Shown here: piece after piece, positions 26,106 to 36,740 of the stretch
Layout of the letters: each line of letters starts with the position of its first letter
How positions within the stretch are numbered: position 1 is the stretch's first letter
Assembly: GCA_964658305.1 (NCBI GenBank)
Contig: OZ210885.1
Span: 4,836,001-4,900,000 of the forward strand
Direction of reading: 5' to 3'
Source: Leptogorgia sarmentosa
Lineage: Eukaryota
DNA length: 64,000 nt
The notes under the pieces: generated by a model
What the model was told of the DNA's origin: nothing
Databases searched by the model: none
What the model saw: the letters and a program-made list of their open reading frames with translations, nothing else
Position numbers and translations under genes: made by a program

Positions 26106-26704
26106 GGATTATTAAATAAGGTAACGAGAGGTTTGTGGTCCGTAGTGACTTTGAAGTCAGTACCATATACAAACAGGTGGAATCGCTTGATCGCCCAAAA
26201 GATTGATAAAGCTTCTCGGTCTATCTGAGGATACCTTGCTTGGGTTGGGGTAAGTGGACATCTTGCATAATGTATTGGCGTTATTTCCTTTGTTGATGGA
26301 TTTTCTTGGGTCAGGACAGCACCCAGACCAACAGGACTACCATCAACGCATATAGATGTTGGTTTCTCGGGATCAAAATAACCCAAGATGGTCTTCGTTG
26401 ACAAGGCTGCTTTAAGGGACTGGAACGATGATTGTTCCTCTTTTGTCCACTGGCATTTGACTCCTGTGCACATGAGCTGACGAAGAGATTTAGTGATTAC
26501 TGCGAAATCTTTGATGAATCTTGAACAGAATGCAGCAGAGCTTAGAAGACTTTGTACTTCTGATACGTTGGGTTGGTGGAACGATGTGTTGAAGACTTTC
26601 AACTTTTTTTGGATCAGGTGACATTCCTTTTTCTGAGAAGATGTGACCGAAGAAGAGCATGGTGGGGACTCGAAACTGACATTTTGGAAGATTAATGGTC
26701 AACC
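26106..26704 (-). pseudogene. Ty3/Gypsy pol middle piece (end of RT, RNase H)
   Basis: LTINLPKCQF..FFGHIFS..GMSPDPKKV, VDGSPVGLGAVL, YPQIDREAL, TDHKPL. Confidence 0.9.
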
Positions 26705-28598
26705 TGATTGCTTTTAATAAGTTGGATTCACTGATTGCTTTTAATAAGCTGGATTCCACTTTGATACATCCCGAATCGTACGCAACAAGCACAAGATAGA
26801 TGACTTCAATCGATGCGCGGCTTTGAAGCGAGACAGGATGTACTTGTGCCGCTCCTTGAAATTTTTCGAGATATTTCCGAACTATTCGTTCTGAAACGGC
26901 GACTGCTAAACTCCGTAAAGAAAACCAACAGCTACGAGAGGAAATTGCAGATCTTCAAGAAAATTTGAAGCAAATAACCACGAATATTTCGAAGAAGAAC
27001 GAAAGCCTGATTGATCAAGATGGCAGTCATGCTTCCCAGTCAACCAAGGCAACAGATAAAGATAAGTCCTTAGAGTTTATTAGTGCTCAAAATGATGATC
27101 TTATTTTGTTTAAGAATAACACAATGAAGGAATTAAAACATATAAATCAACAAGTTAATATTATTTCAAATAAATTCAAAGTCATTGCTAACGCCATTGA
27201 GCAAATCGAAGATTACAGTTACCAATACAACATTAAAATTACTGGTAAACCCGAATGAATCAGCCGAAGAAACTACGAGCATGTGCCTGAAATTATTTGC
27301 TGCCATAGGGGCAGATGTCTCGATCTACGATGTGGACATTGCCCATTGTGTTCCTGCGAGAAGGCAATGTAACCGATCAAACGCAATCATTTGTAAGTTC
27401 GTACACTGCTTGGCAAAAGAAAAAGTAATTGCAGCCAGAAAACAAACTAGTAATGTTCTGCCTGAGCAACTTCATTATTTAATACTAGTATTTAATCCTA
27501 TTGAACATTCAGCTTTGGCCATGGACTGCCTTACAATGTCAAATGTTGACCCAGATTTAAATGTTCAAGCTCTGTTACCACCAACTAGTAGGTATGTGGT
27601 TGAAAATGAAATCAGTGATTTAGTCGACGAGTCAATAGATGATATGGGTTTTTCATTGTTGCACCTAAATTGTCGTAGCCTTCTTGGCAATTTTGATAAG
27701 TTTAAAACCTTGATCAGAAATTTGTGTAAATCGTTTTCTATTATCGGAGTATCTGAAACTTGGCTGAACGACGAAACTTCTGATTTAGTAAATTTATCAT
27801 GTTATAATTTCATTTCTAATCATCGCCTCAAACGGAGTTGGGCTTTATCTACAAAATCATTTTCAATACAAATTGATTCAAGAATGCACAATTTCTAATC
27901 CTGAAGTAATTGAGTCTTTGTTTCTTGAAATTGCTAACCCTAATGGGAAAAACATTATTGTTGGTACTATTTACCGCTCGCCTAATCAAAATTTAACCCA
28001 CTTTATGGAGGAATTCAATAAAATTATTTCCTTTATTTCCAAAGATAACAAACAATGCTACATTATGGGCAATTTCAATTTGGGTTTATTCCATTATGAT
28101 CAGCATGCTTTCACTCAAGAATTCATGGATTCTTTGTTCTCCCACATGTTTATTCCTCTTATAAATAAACCTATGCGATTAACTTCACACTCAGCTTCAC
28201 TGATTGATAATATATTCACAAATTGTCCTTTACAAAACACGGTGAATGGAATTATTCTTAATATGTCGGATCATTTACCTATAGTTGCTTTTTTAGTTCT
28301 GAATTAGCACCACTTAAAAAAGAAATTAAATCCTATAGAGACTATAGCGAACAAAATGTAATTAAATTTCGAACTAGTTTGTCTCTAGTGGATTGGACCA
28401 GTGTTACTGTGGGTCGAAATCCTAACAAATTATTTGACTCTTTCTCGGCAGAATACAATAAGCATTTTGAGGATTGCTTTCCCTTAAAAATAAGTAAACA
28501 CTCTTCCAGAAAGCCGGAAACACCCTGGATAACTAAAGGTTTATTGGTCTCCATTAGAAAAAAGAATATACTTTACAAGAAATACTTGAGAAATCCAA
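26705..28598 (+). mobile_element. Host CR1/L2-type LINE, piece 1 (5' end, ORF1, endonuclease)
   Basis: EDYSYQYNIKITG, DIAH, IICKF (ORF1); HLNCRSL, GVSETWL, GTIYRSP, SLIDNIF, SDHLP, PWITKG..KKYLRNP, which continues at 47407 (HEFHYKRYKNKL). Confidence 0.85.
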
Positions 28599-28903
28599 AA
28601 AGGGGTTAACCTTTAAACAAGTCAAGATGGCGGAAATCGCACGTGGACAAAAATTGTATTTTTAAGCATTGAAAACTGGTAGAGATTATCCTTACTATAT
28701 TGAAATATCCTTGGTAAAGACTCAGAGTCCATATGATTCGAAAGAGCTATTCATAAGAGTGAAGTCGCGGGCTCAGCAAGCAAGATGGCGATTGTTTTCT
28801 TGCTCCGCAAATTCTATATTCAATCTACAACAATCCTGTGTTAATGATTGTTATTTCTTTATTATTTATATGTTGTTATGTCTTTAAAAGTATATTCGTG
28901 ATT

Positions 28904-29677
28904 ATGGCAGCAGAAATAAAAAATTTGGAGGCTTTATTCGACAAAAAATTGAAGCCTTTATTCTCTAAGTTTGATGACTTAAATGTTAAAGTCGATGAAG
29001 CTATATGTTCGTTATCGTTCCTAAGTGCAAAATATGATGAGCTAAATGCTAAAGCTACAAATATGGAAGCAAGTATTAAAGAGTTAAAAGATGAGAATAC
29101 TATGTTAAAAAGTGATATTGCTAGCATGAAGGATGAAAATAATGTATTGAAATCTGCACAGGACGAACTTGAGCAGTATGGAAGACGAGAATGTATTGAA
29201 ATAAGAGGGATTCCTTTGGTTCCTGATGAGAATACCAATGAAATAGTGATAAAGTTGGCATCTGTACTCGGGGTACATATTACTGAAGCTGATATATCTA
29301 TTAGCCATCGTTTGGGGTCTCCTGCTGTTGGCAGTACCCGTTCTGGTCGTTCTTTTGGTACAGCTTCAGTGCCTGCTATTATTGTTAAGTTCATACGACG
29401 TGATGTCAGAGATAAGTTATATACTTCAAGATCAAAGTTAAGAAATATTAGTCTGAAAGATCTTGGCTTTACTAGACATGTAGAATCGAAGGTTTTTATG
29501 GCCGAGAGTTTAACAAAGAAACGTAAAAATTTGTTCAAAGCATGTCTTGAAAAGAAACGGGAAATTGGCTTTCAATTTATATGGACACGATATGGAAAAA
29601 TTTATTTACGTAAGGATAAGGACAGCTCAGCTATGCTTATTGAAAGTACCCAACAACTGCAGAGGCTCACAAGATAA
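28904..29677 (+). CDS. LINE ORF1 protein (coiled coil + RRM-like + C-terminal domain)
   Basis: MAAEIK start, heptad region, EQYGRRECIEIRGIP, ISHRLG, IIVKF, AESLT, FIWTRYGKIYLRK. Confidence 0.9.
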   Translation: MAAEIKNLEALFDKKLKPLFSKFDDLNVKVDEAICSLSFLSAKYDELNAKATNMEASIKELKDENTMLKSDIASMKDENNVLKSAQDELEQYGRRECIEIRGIPLVPDENTNEIVIKLASVLGVHITEADISISHRLGSPAVGSTRSGRSFGTASVPAIIVKFIRRDVRDKLYTSRSKLRNISLKDLGFTRHVESKVFMAESLTKKRKNLFKACLEKKREIGFQFIWTRYGKIYLRKDKDSSAMLIESTQQLQRLTR

Positions 29678-29753
29678 GTTTATATTGACAATTTATTTAT
29701 TTGTTGTGTGGTAATATGTACAAGTCTTAACTATAATTGAAACTTTATAATTA

Positions 29754-32700
29754 ATGCCAATGAGTGACTCAGATCTTAATAATCTGCCTTGTTTTGATGT
29801 TGCTTCGGCAATATCCAAAATTCCAGTTTTACAAAATATTGATATTGATCAACATCTTCCCAGCCAGATAAATTTTAATTATTATTCCGAGCAAGATTTT
29901 CTCAATTGTAGAGAAATTACTTCATTATCTAAAAATGATTTTTTTTCAACCATACATTGTAATATTAGGAGTCTTGCAGCCAATTTTGATAAACTTTCTT
30001 TTCTGCTCACTGAACTAAAGTTTCCGTTTTCTGTTATTGGAATTTCGGAAACAAAAATAAATATGTATCAAGAGTGTATTGTTAATTCTAATATTAGTGG
30101 GTATAATTTTTTATCACAACCCTCTCTTTCAAATGCTGGTGGGGTTGGATTATTTGTAAATAATAATTTAAAATATTCAAAAAGAGATGACTTATGCACT
30201 TCAAAAAATGAATTCGAAGCACTGTGGATTGATATTGAAGGTCCTGACCAGGGAATTATATGTGGTGTTTTATATCGACACCCAAAAGCAAATCTTGAAA
30301 ATTTTACTAATTACTTATACTCTATCCTTGATAAAATTGCAAATGAGAACAAACTATTAATACTTATGGGAGATTTTAATATTAATTTACTAAACTACGA
30401 ATCACATGCTCCAACTGAAAGTTTTGTTAATACTATGTTTACATATAATCTCCAGCCTAAAATTATTCAACCCACTAGAATAACTTATCATAGTGCAACA
30501 CTAATTGATAATATCTTTATAAATTCATTAGGCTATCACAATATAAGTGGGAATATATTTTCGGATTTAACTGACCATTTACCTAATTTTCTTATGATTT
30601 ACAAAAACTGTTGTAAAGTTTCTAAAACAAATATTTTTAAAAGGGACTATACCAATTTTGATGAGGCCTCTTTGATTAATGATGTGTCTTCAGTTGATTG
30701 GAATGAAACGTTACCACAAAACAATAATGTGAATGATATTTTCAATAGTTTTTATTACAAGATCTCAGAGGTGATTGAAAATCACGCACCACTCAAAAAA
30801 TTATCTAGGCAAGAGGTTAAATTTAACTTTAAACCATGGATCACTACAGCATTAAGAGCATCAATTAAGCAAAAAAATCGACTATATAGGAGACAGTTAA
30901 AAAGTAATAATGAATACCTCATCTTGGAATACAAAAGATATCGTAATAAACTTAGTAAGTTGTTAAAATTAAGTAAGAAAAATTATTACCAAACTTTTTT
31001 TAAAGAAAATTCTCTTAATTTAAAAAAAATATGGGCTGGGATTAGGGATATAGTTAATCCTAAAACAAAAAGGACTCAAGGAATACCAAGTAAAATAGTT
31101 AAGGATAATATTGAAATTACAGATACTAAAATAATTGCTGAAACATTTAACAAATACTTCTCTTCAATTGGTTTAAGAACTGCTGACTCAATTAGCTCTA
31201 ATGGTATTTCACCCCTTGAATACATGGATCATCCAATACTCTCTAGTTTCTTTCTTTCTCCAGTTACCTCAAATGAGATTCAACTGGAGATTAATAAACT
31301 TGATATATCAAAAACAAGTGGCCCTTTTAGTATTCCAGTTAAGCTTTTAAAAACTCTGTATGCAAATTTAACTGAACCATTAGAGATTTTGTATAATTGT
31401 TCTTTTAGCTCTGGTATGGTCCCAGATAAATTTAAGATTGCTCAAGTTGTGCCTGTATTTAAGAATGGATCTGCAACTTATGTTAATAATTATCGACCAA
31501 TTTCATTATTGTCTATATTTAATAGAATATTGGAGAAACTAATGTATAAGAGGTTGATGAAATATATTGAGAAATTAAATATAATATTTGAAAATCAATT
31601 TGGATTCAGGTCAGGATATTCCACTGTACAAGCAGTAACTCTTATTACTGACAAAATTCAAAAAGCAATTGAAAATAAACAATACTCTTGTGGAATATTT
31701 TTAGATTTAAGTAAGGCTTTTGACACTGTAAATCATGATATCCTGATCACAAAATTAGAACACTATGGAATTCGGGGCATAGCTAAAGATTGGTTTAAAT
31801 CATATTTATTTAATAGAAAACAATATGTTTCAATAAGGGGGGTTAATTCAGATGTAGAGCATATTTCCTGTGGAGTGCCTCAAGGTTCTGTTTTAGGACC
31901 ATTGTTATTTCTTTTATATATTAATGACCTTGGAAATTGCTCTGATCTTTTTGATTTTCACCTGTTTGCCGATGATGCAAATTTATTTTTTTCACATGAC
32001 AATTTACTTCGGCTGGAAGAACTGATAAATTACAATCTGATCAAGGTACAATCTTGGTTATCTGCAAATAGACTATGTTTAAATATTGATAAAACTAATT
32101 ATGTTATATTTCACACACCCCAAAAATTAATTACTCATAATCTTAAACTTCATATTAATTGCGTAGATATCAAACAAGCGAGTTTTGTTAAATATCTAGG
32201 TATTCATATTGACTCTCATTTAAATTGGAAAACTCAAGTTAATAATATTTTAAAAAAAATTCAAAGAAGTATTGGCATTCTCTCAAAACTTCGCTATTAT
32301 GTTACATCTAAAATTCTTCTTCAGCTTTATTATTCTTTGATCTATCCTTTTCTTACATATGGAATTGTAGTTTGGGGAAATACCTACGAATCTTCTCTGA
32401 AACCACTAGTGCTCTTACAAAAACGAGTGGTGCGTGTAATCACTTTTTCGGGTTATGATGAACATACTAGTCCTTTATTCAAAAATCTTGGTCTTTTAAA
32501 GCTGTTTGATATAATTAGGATGTCCAATTTACTATTTATGCATGATTTCTATAAAAAAAAACTTCCCACTGTATTTAACGACTTTTTCCTACCTATTTGT
32601 GATAGTCACAAGTTTGCTACTAGATTAGCAGTAAAAATCAGCTATTGTATGCCAATTGTTAGAACAAATTATGGTAAATTCTCTATTCGATCCAAGGGAC

Positions 32701-32795
32701 CCCATATTTGGAATGAAGTAGATGATAGCCTCAAAACATTAACTAAATCAGTTTTTAAGAAAAAAATTAAAGTCAAATTTATTAGTGAATATTAG
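29754..32795 (+). CDS. LINE ORF2: APE endonuclease + reverse transcriptase (1013 aa, uninterrupted)
   Basis: HCNIRSL, GISET, GDFNIN, TDHLP, NYRPISLL, QFGFR, DLSKAFDTV, GVPQGSVLGP, FADD, KYLG. Confidence 0.97.
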   Translation: MPMSDSDLNNLPCFDVASAISKIPVLQNIDIDQHLPSQINFNYYSEQDFLNCREITSLSKNDFFSTIHCNIRSLAANFDKLSFLLTELKFPFSVIGISETKINMYQECIVNSNISGYNFLSQPSLSNAGGVGLFVNNNLKYSKRDDLCTSKNEFEALWIDIEGPDQGIICGVLYRHPKANLENFTNYLYSILDKIANENKLLILMGDFNINLLNYESHAPTESFVNTMFTYNLQPKIIQPTRITYHSATLIDNIFINSLGYHNISGNIFSDLTDHLPNFLMIYKNCCKVSKTNIFKRDYTNFDEASLINDVSSVDWNETLPQNNNVNDIFNSFYYKISEVIENHAPLKKLSRQEVKFNFKPWITTALRASIKQKNRLYRRQLKSNNEYLILEYKRYRNKLSKLLKLSKKNYYQTFFKENSLNLKKIWAGIRDIVNPKTKRTQGIPSKIVKDNIEITDTKIIAETFNKYFSSIGLRTADSISSNGISPLEYMDHPILSSFFLSPVTSNEIQLEINKLDISKTSGPFSIPVKLLKTLYANLTEPLEILYNCSFSSGMVPDKFKIAQVVPVFKNGSATYVNNYRPISLLSIFNRILEKLMYKRLMKYIEKLNIIFENQFGFRSGYSTVQAVTLITDKIQKAIENKQYSCGIFLDLSKAFDTVNHDILITKLEHYGIRGIAKDWFKSYLFNRKQYVSIRGVNSDVEHISCGVPQGSVLGPLLFLLYINDLGNCSDLFDFHLFADDANLFFSHDNLLRLEELINYNLIKVQSWLSANRLCLNIDKTNYVIFHTPQKLITHNLKLHINCVDIKQASFVKYLGIHIDSHLNWKTQVNNILKKIQRSIGILSKLRYYVTSKILLQLYYSLIYPFLTYGIVVWGNTYESSLKPLVLLQKRVVRVITFSGYDEHTSPLFKNLGLLKLFDIIRMSNLLFMHDFYKKKLPTVFNDFFLPICDSHKFATRLAVKISYCMPIVRTNYGKFSIRSKGPHIWNEVDDSLKTLTKSVFKKKIKVKFISEY

Positions 32796-33161
32796 TAATA
32801 TATTTATTCTGTTTTATTTTAAAATGATCAAAAATAAAAATTATAATCAACGAATATTAACTTTTTATTTGTTTCTGTTTTTTATATTTTAAAAAACCTT
32901 AAATTATATTTGAATAATTATGTTGTACCATGACCGTGTATCTAATGTTGACCCACAGTGGCTCGAATACTAAAATGAGGATATCTGACTTTGATTAGCG
33001 TAAAAGCTATTTCAGATACCCTGTACCTATTTTGTTTTAATAACGTGTGGAAAAACTCTGTAAATAATGTATTTTGTTGGTGGTGCGAATAAATCTTCTT
33101 CTTCTTCTTCTTCTTCTTCTTCTTCATAATCACAATTCTGACGAAAAATACAAACAATAAT

Positions 33162-34742
33162 ATGGCCGCGACAGAAACAGACGTGACACCATGTGACCGC
33201 TATCAAATCAAAAACTTCAAAAAAACCACCGAAAAGAAAGTACCGTTCGAAACACTAGATTACACGATATACAAGAATACGAGCCTTGTTGTATTCACAA
33301 CATCTATTAAGCATCTACCGATCTGGATTGACGTGCTAAAACAAAGATATTTACACAGCCTCGAAGATAACACCAAAATCGCAACACGCTGTGAAGAAAT
33401 CGATATGCCAGACGAAAAATCAAAATGTGAGAAGATCATACTCACCCTAACTTCAAAGGAATCCCTAGAAATCATTATCACCATCACCATAATGATCAGC
33501 ACGGGAAGAATAAAAATCGAAGGCCGTTTTATTAAAGAATGGGGAGAAAAAGAATTCGACATATTGACCGATCTCGTAAATTCCCCAGATCACACCAAGA
33601 CAGGCATCACGACGGAAATAGAAGAATTTATCGACACTATCTCCCAAAAGACTATCTCCCAAAAGAACCCCGAAATACGAAACACCCCATCGAAAGAAAG
33701 TTCCCTTCATACTGTGAAAACCAGCCTATCAACACTAGAAGCTGACTTCATAGAATTCACCCAAAACACAAACAAGACTATAGAAACCTTAACAACCAAA
33801 CTATCAATGAAAGATCAAGAAATAGAGCTCCTAAAAAATGAACTTAACGAATTAAAAACACAAAACCAGCAATCACACAGCGATTTCACCCTAAAACAAT
33901 TAGAGTTGGAAGCCGAACTAGAAAAACTGAAGAAAAACTACAAGAAGCTAGCTGGCGACAATAGCAACATACTTGGCAAGATAGCACCACCCGAAAACAT
34001 GATAGATCATCACACCACCCCACAACCACCCCAGAATCCACAAGCAAACAATGAATCCACCGATATGAACCGAAATATGGAAACCTCCTACAATGTCCAA
34101 ATAGAAAACAAATATGAAAAACTGGCAGAAACATTAGACCCTCCAAATGATACTTCCTCGACCAAGACTCCCACCTCCAAACCCCACCTCACCAAAACAT
34201 CCACTACCGAAACATCACCCATCAAAAACACAACCATTCCCGAAGCAGCTTCCAACTCCAACAAAGACCCAGAAATAACGCTAAACAACTCCACCAACCC
34301 AACCAGCAACCCACAGAAGACAGTCATTCTCTGTGACAGTAATGGCCGCCACATATACACGAAACGTTTATGCCCAGACAGTAATGTTAAAGATATAAGA
34401 TGCCCAACCCTACCCGAGGCTGAAAAGATCATAAAGAACCGCACAGATGACCCCCCTAACACAATACTCCTACACTGTGGCACAAATGATCTAGAAATGA
34501 CCTCCTCCAACCAAGAAATCATTTCCAAGATGAAAGACACTATTACCATGACTCAAAAGAAATGTCCGACAACAAGAATTCTGATTTCAACACTACTCCC
34601 ACGAAGCGATAGCCTTAACAAAAGAGCAATGGAAATAAATGAAACCATCATAAAGTTATTTGGACAGAACAAGATGATCAAAGTGGTTACCCACAACAAT
34701 ATCAACCAGCACAAATATCTACCATATTTTCCTTTTCCTTAA
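33162..34742 (+). CDS. RTEX-like ORF1: N-terminal domain, coiled coil, S/T/P-rich linker, SGNH-esterase-like domain (C-terminally deleted)
   Basis: VILCDSNG and LLHCGTNDL are SGNH blocks; the DxxH block seen in copy C (DRKHLTPKG) is missing. Confidence 0.8.
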   Translation: MAATETDVTPCDRYQIKNFKKTTEKKVPFETLDYTIYKNTSLVVFTTSIKHLPIWIDVLKQRYLHSLEDNTKIATRCEEIDMPDEKSKCEKIILTLTSKESLEIIITITIMISTGRIKIEGRFIKEWGEKEFDILTDLVNSPDHTKTGITTEIEEFIDTISQKTISQKNPEIRNTPSKESSLHTVKTSLSTLEADFIEFTQNTNKTIETLTTKLSMKDQEIELLKNELNELKTQNQQSHSDFTLKQLELEAELEKLKKNYKKLAGDNSNILGKIAPPENMIDHHTTPQPPQNPQANNESTDMNRNMETSYNVQIENKYEKLAETLDPPNDTSSTKTPTSKPHLTKTSTTETSPIKNTTIPEAASNSNKDPEITLNNSTNPTSNPQKTVILCDSNGRHIYTKRLCPDSNVKDIRCPTLPEAEKIIKNRTDDPPNTILLHCGTNDLEMTSSNQEIISKMKDTITMTQKKCPTTRILISTLLPRSDSLNKRAMEINETIIKLFGQNKMIKVVTHNNINQHKYLPYFPFP

Positions 34743-36740
34743 TTCTAACAGTTAGTTACATGCATAATATTTCTGTCAGTACATGGAATATACATGGCCT
34801 TTTCCATAAAACACTTGGGGATAAGACCAAAAACAAAGATTTCATTAATAGCATCAGTAAAATAGACTATTTGTTTCTCACCGAAACATGGTCTAACTTC
34901 AACATTAACATCCCAGATTACAAGGCTTTTGTCTCTGATATTCCCATACCACAAACTGATAAAGCATGCCGTATATCAGGTGGTATAACTTTATTATTCA
35001 AATCCCAATATGAAAAATATGCTTCAATAGTCAAAAAGACTAAAAACACTCTTTGGTGCAAAATTTCAAAAAACCTACTGAGCACCAACACAAATTTATT
35101 TATATGCGGTGTTTATATACCTCCAGAAAAGTCAACATATTTTGATGATGAAACCTTTAATGAGCTTGAGTCAGATATAATATCCTTTATGTCAAAAGGC
35201 GACACTATGGTTCTTCGTGATTTTAATGCATGAACTGGCAAACAGAGAGATTTTGTTTTAAAAGATGGAAACAATTTCATGATTGATAGACATGAAGATT
35301 GGCTATGCCCACAACATAGAGAAAACTTTGATAACAACATAAACAACCATGGCAAAAAACTGATAAATATATGCAAGAATACAGACATGAGAATCATTAA
35401 TGGCAGAACCAAGGGTGACTCTCTTGGTCAACCAACATTCCATGGCCCAAATGGCATAAGTACCATAGACTATATACTATGTGATGAAAACACCTTCCAA
35501 CATGTGAAACACTTCATAGTAAAATCTCTGACATACCTGTCCGACCACATCCAAATAATATCATGGTTCAATATCCAAACAACCCCAAACAATATAGAAC
35601 AAACCCATCCTGAACCAGCCTTGCACAAACTACCTCTACAATTTGACTGGTCAGATAACTCAAAAATAAACTTTAAAAAGGCACTGAGATCACCAGAAAC
35701 CCAAAATAAATTGAACGAATTCCTTAGCAAAAACTTTTCGAATGACATAAGTGGTGTCAATGGATGTGTTATGGAATTCCAAAATATTCTCATTGATGCA
35801 TCAAAAAAATCGCTAAAACTTAAGAAAAAGAAAAAAAGGTGTAAAATAACAAATGTAACCAACAAGAAATGGTTTGACAAAGAATGTAGACTCAAAATTA
35901 AGACATGAACTCCGAAAAGTCGCTAACCAAAAACATAAAGACCCTGCAAACCTAGCAATTAGAAACGCTTATACAATGATTTTGAAAAATTACAAACACA
36001 CTCTAGAAAATAAAAAAACAAGAACTCCAACAAAACAAAATCGACGAACTAATTAGGATAACAGAAAACGACCCCAAATCTTTTTGGAAAACACTTAAAA
36101 ACACCAGTGACAGCATAGAAGATACCTCTAACTCAAACCTCACCCCATCCACAAACCAACTGCTCACACACTTCGAAAACCTCCATAACGAAAAAACATT
36201 GACTCAAAATAATGAGGAAACACTGAGAACCCTAAAAGAATGTGAAACTCGTAAACACCTTTACAATCAACTAGATAATGAACTAACCGAACACGAGATA
36301 ATAAACACAACGAAAAAAATTAAAACAAAAAAGGCAGTATACTCTGATCAAATAAGCAATGAAATGATTAAGACAAGTGTAGACATTCTTATCAAAGGTT
36401 TTAATAAGACTTTCAATACCATATTATCATCCGGTCAATTTCCACCATTGTGGTGTGAAGGTCTTATTACTCCAATATACAAGTCTGGCGAGAAAAACGA
36501 TCCCAACAATACAGTCCCCAACCAAACTCGCACCTGATTGGTCAATTCTTTCCGCCCCTAGCAACCGGGTAGTAACCAGAAGAGCCGCGAAAATAAAAAT
36601 AAAAAAATGATCTATTAGTGTTTGTTTTTATGAAAAAAATATAAAATAACGCCGTTAATTTGACGCTTTGAATATAATAACATGGAGGGAAATGAACCTG
36701 TGGAAGTCATAACATTGAGCGGAATGTTAAACTTTTTTAA

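Larger units (their letters stand above)
28757..33122 (+). mobile_element. Apparently intact full-length CR1/L2-group LINE with (TTC)n tail, inserted in the RTEX 5' UTR
   Basis: Two uninterrupted ORFs; candidate TSD TTCATAA at 28750-28756 and 33123-33129; tail ~33095-33125 after AATAAA. Confidence 0.9.

Noticed and set aside
26705..26792. N-terminus of minus ORF 26490-26792 as Gypsy RT
   Set aside because: These bases are the 5' end of the inserted LINE; the real upstream Gypsy RT is at 63835-64000.
28876..29538. 220-aa antisense ORF over LINE ORF1, and similar shadow ORFs elsewhere
   Set aside because: No recognisable motifs; explained by codon bias of the sense ORF.
32942..33157. Poly-lysine ORF
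   Set aside because: Antisense reading of the (TTC)n LINE tail.
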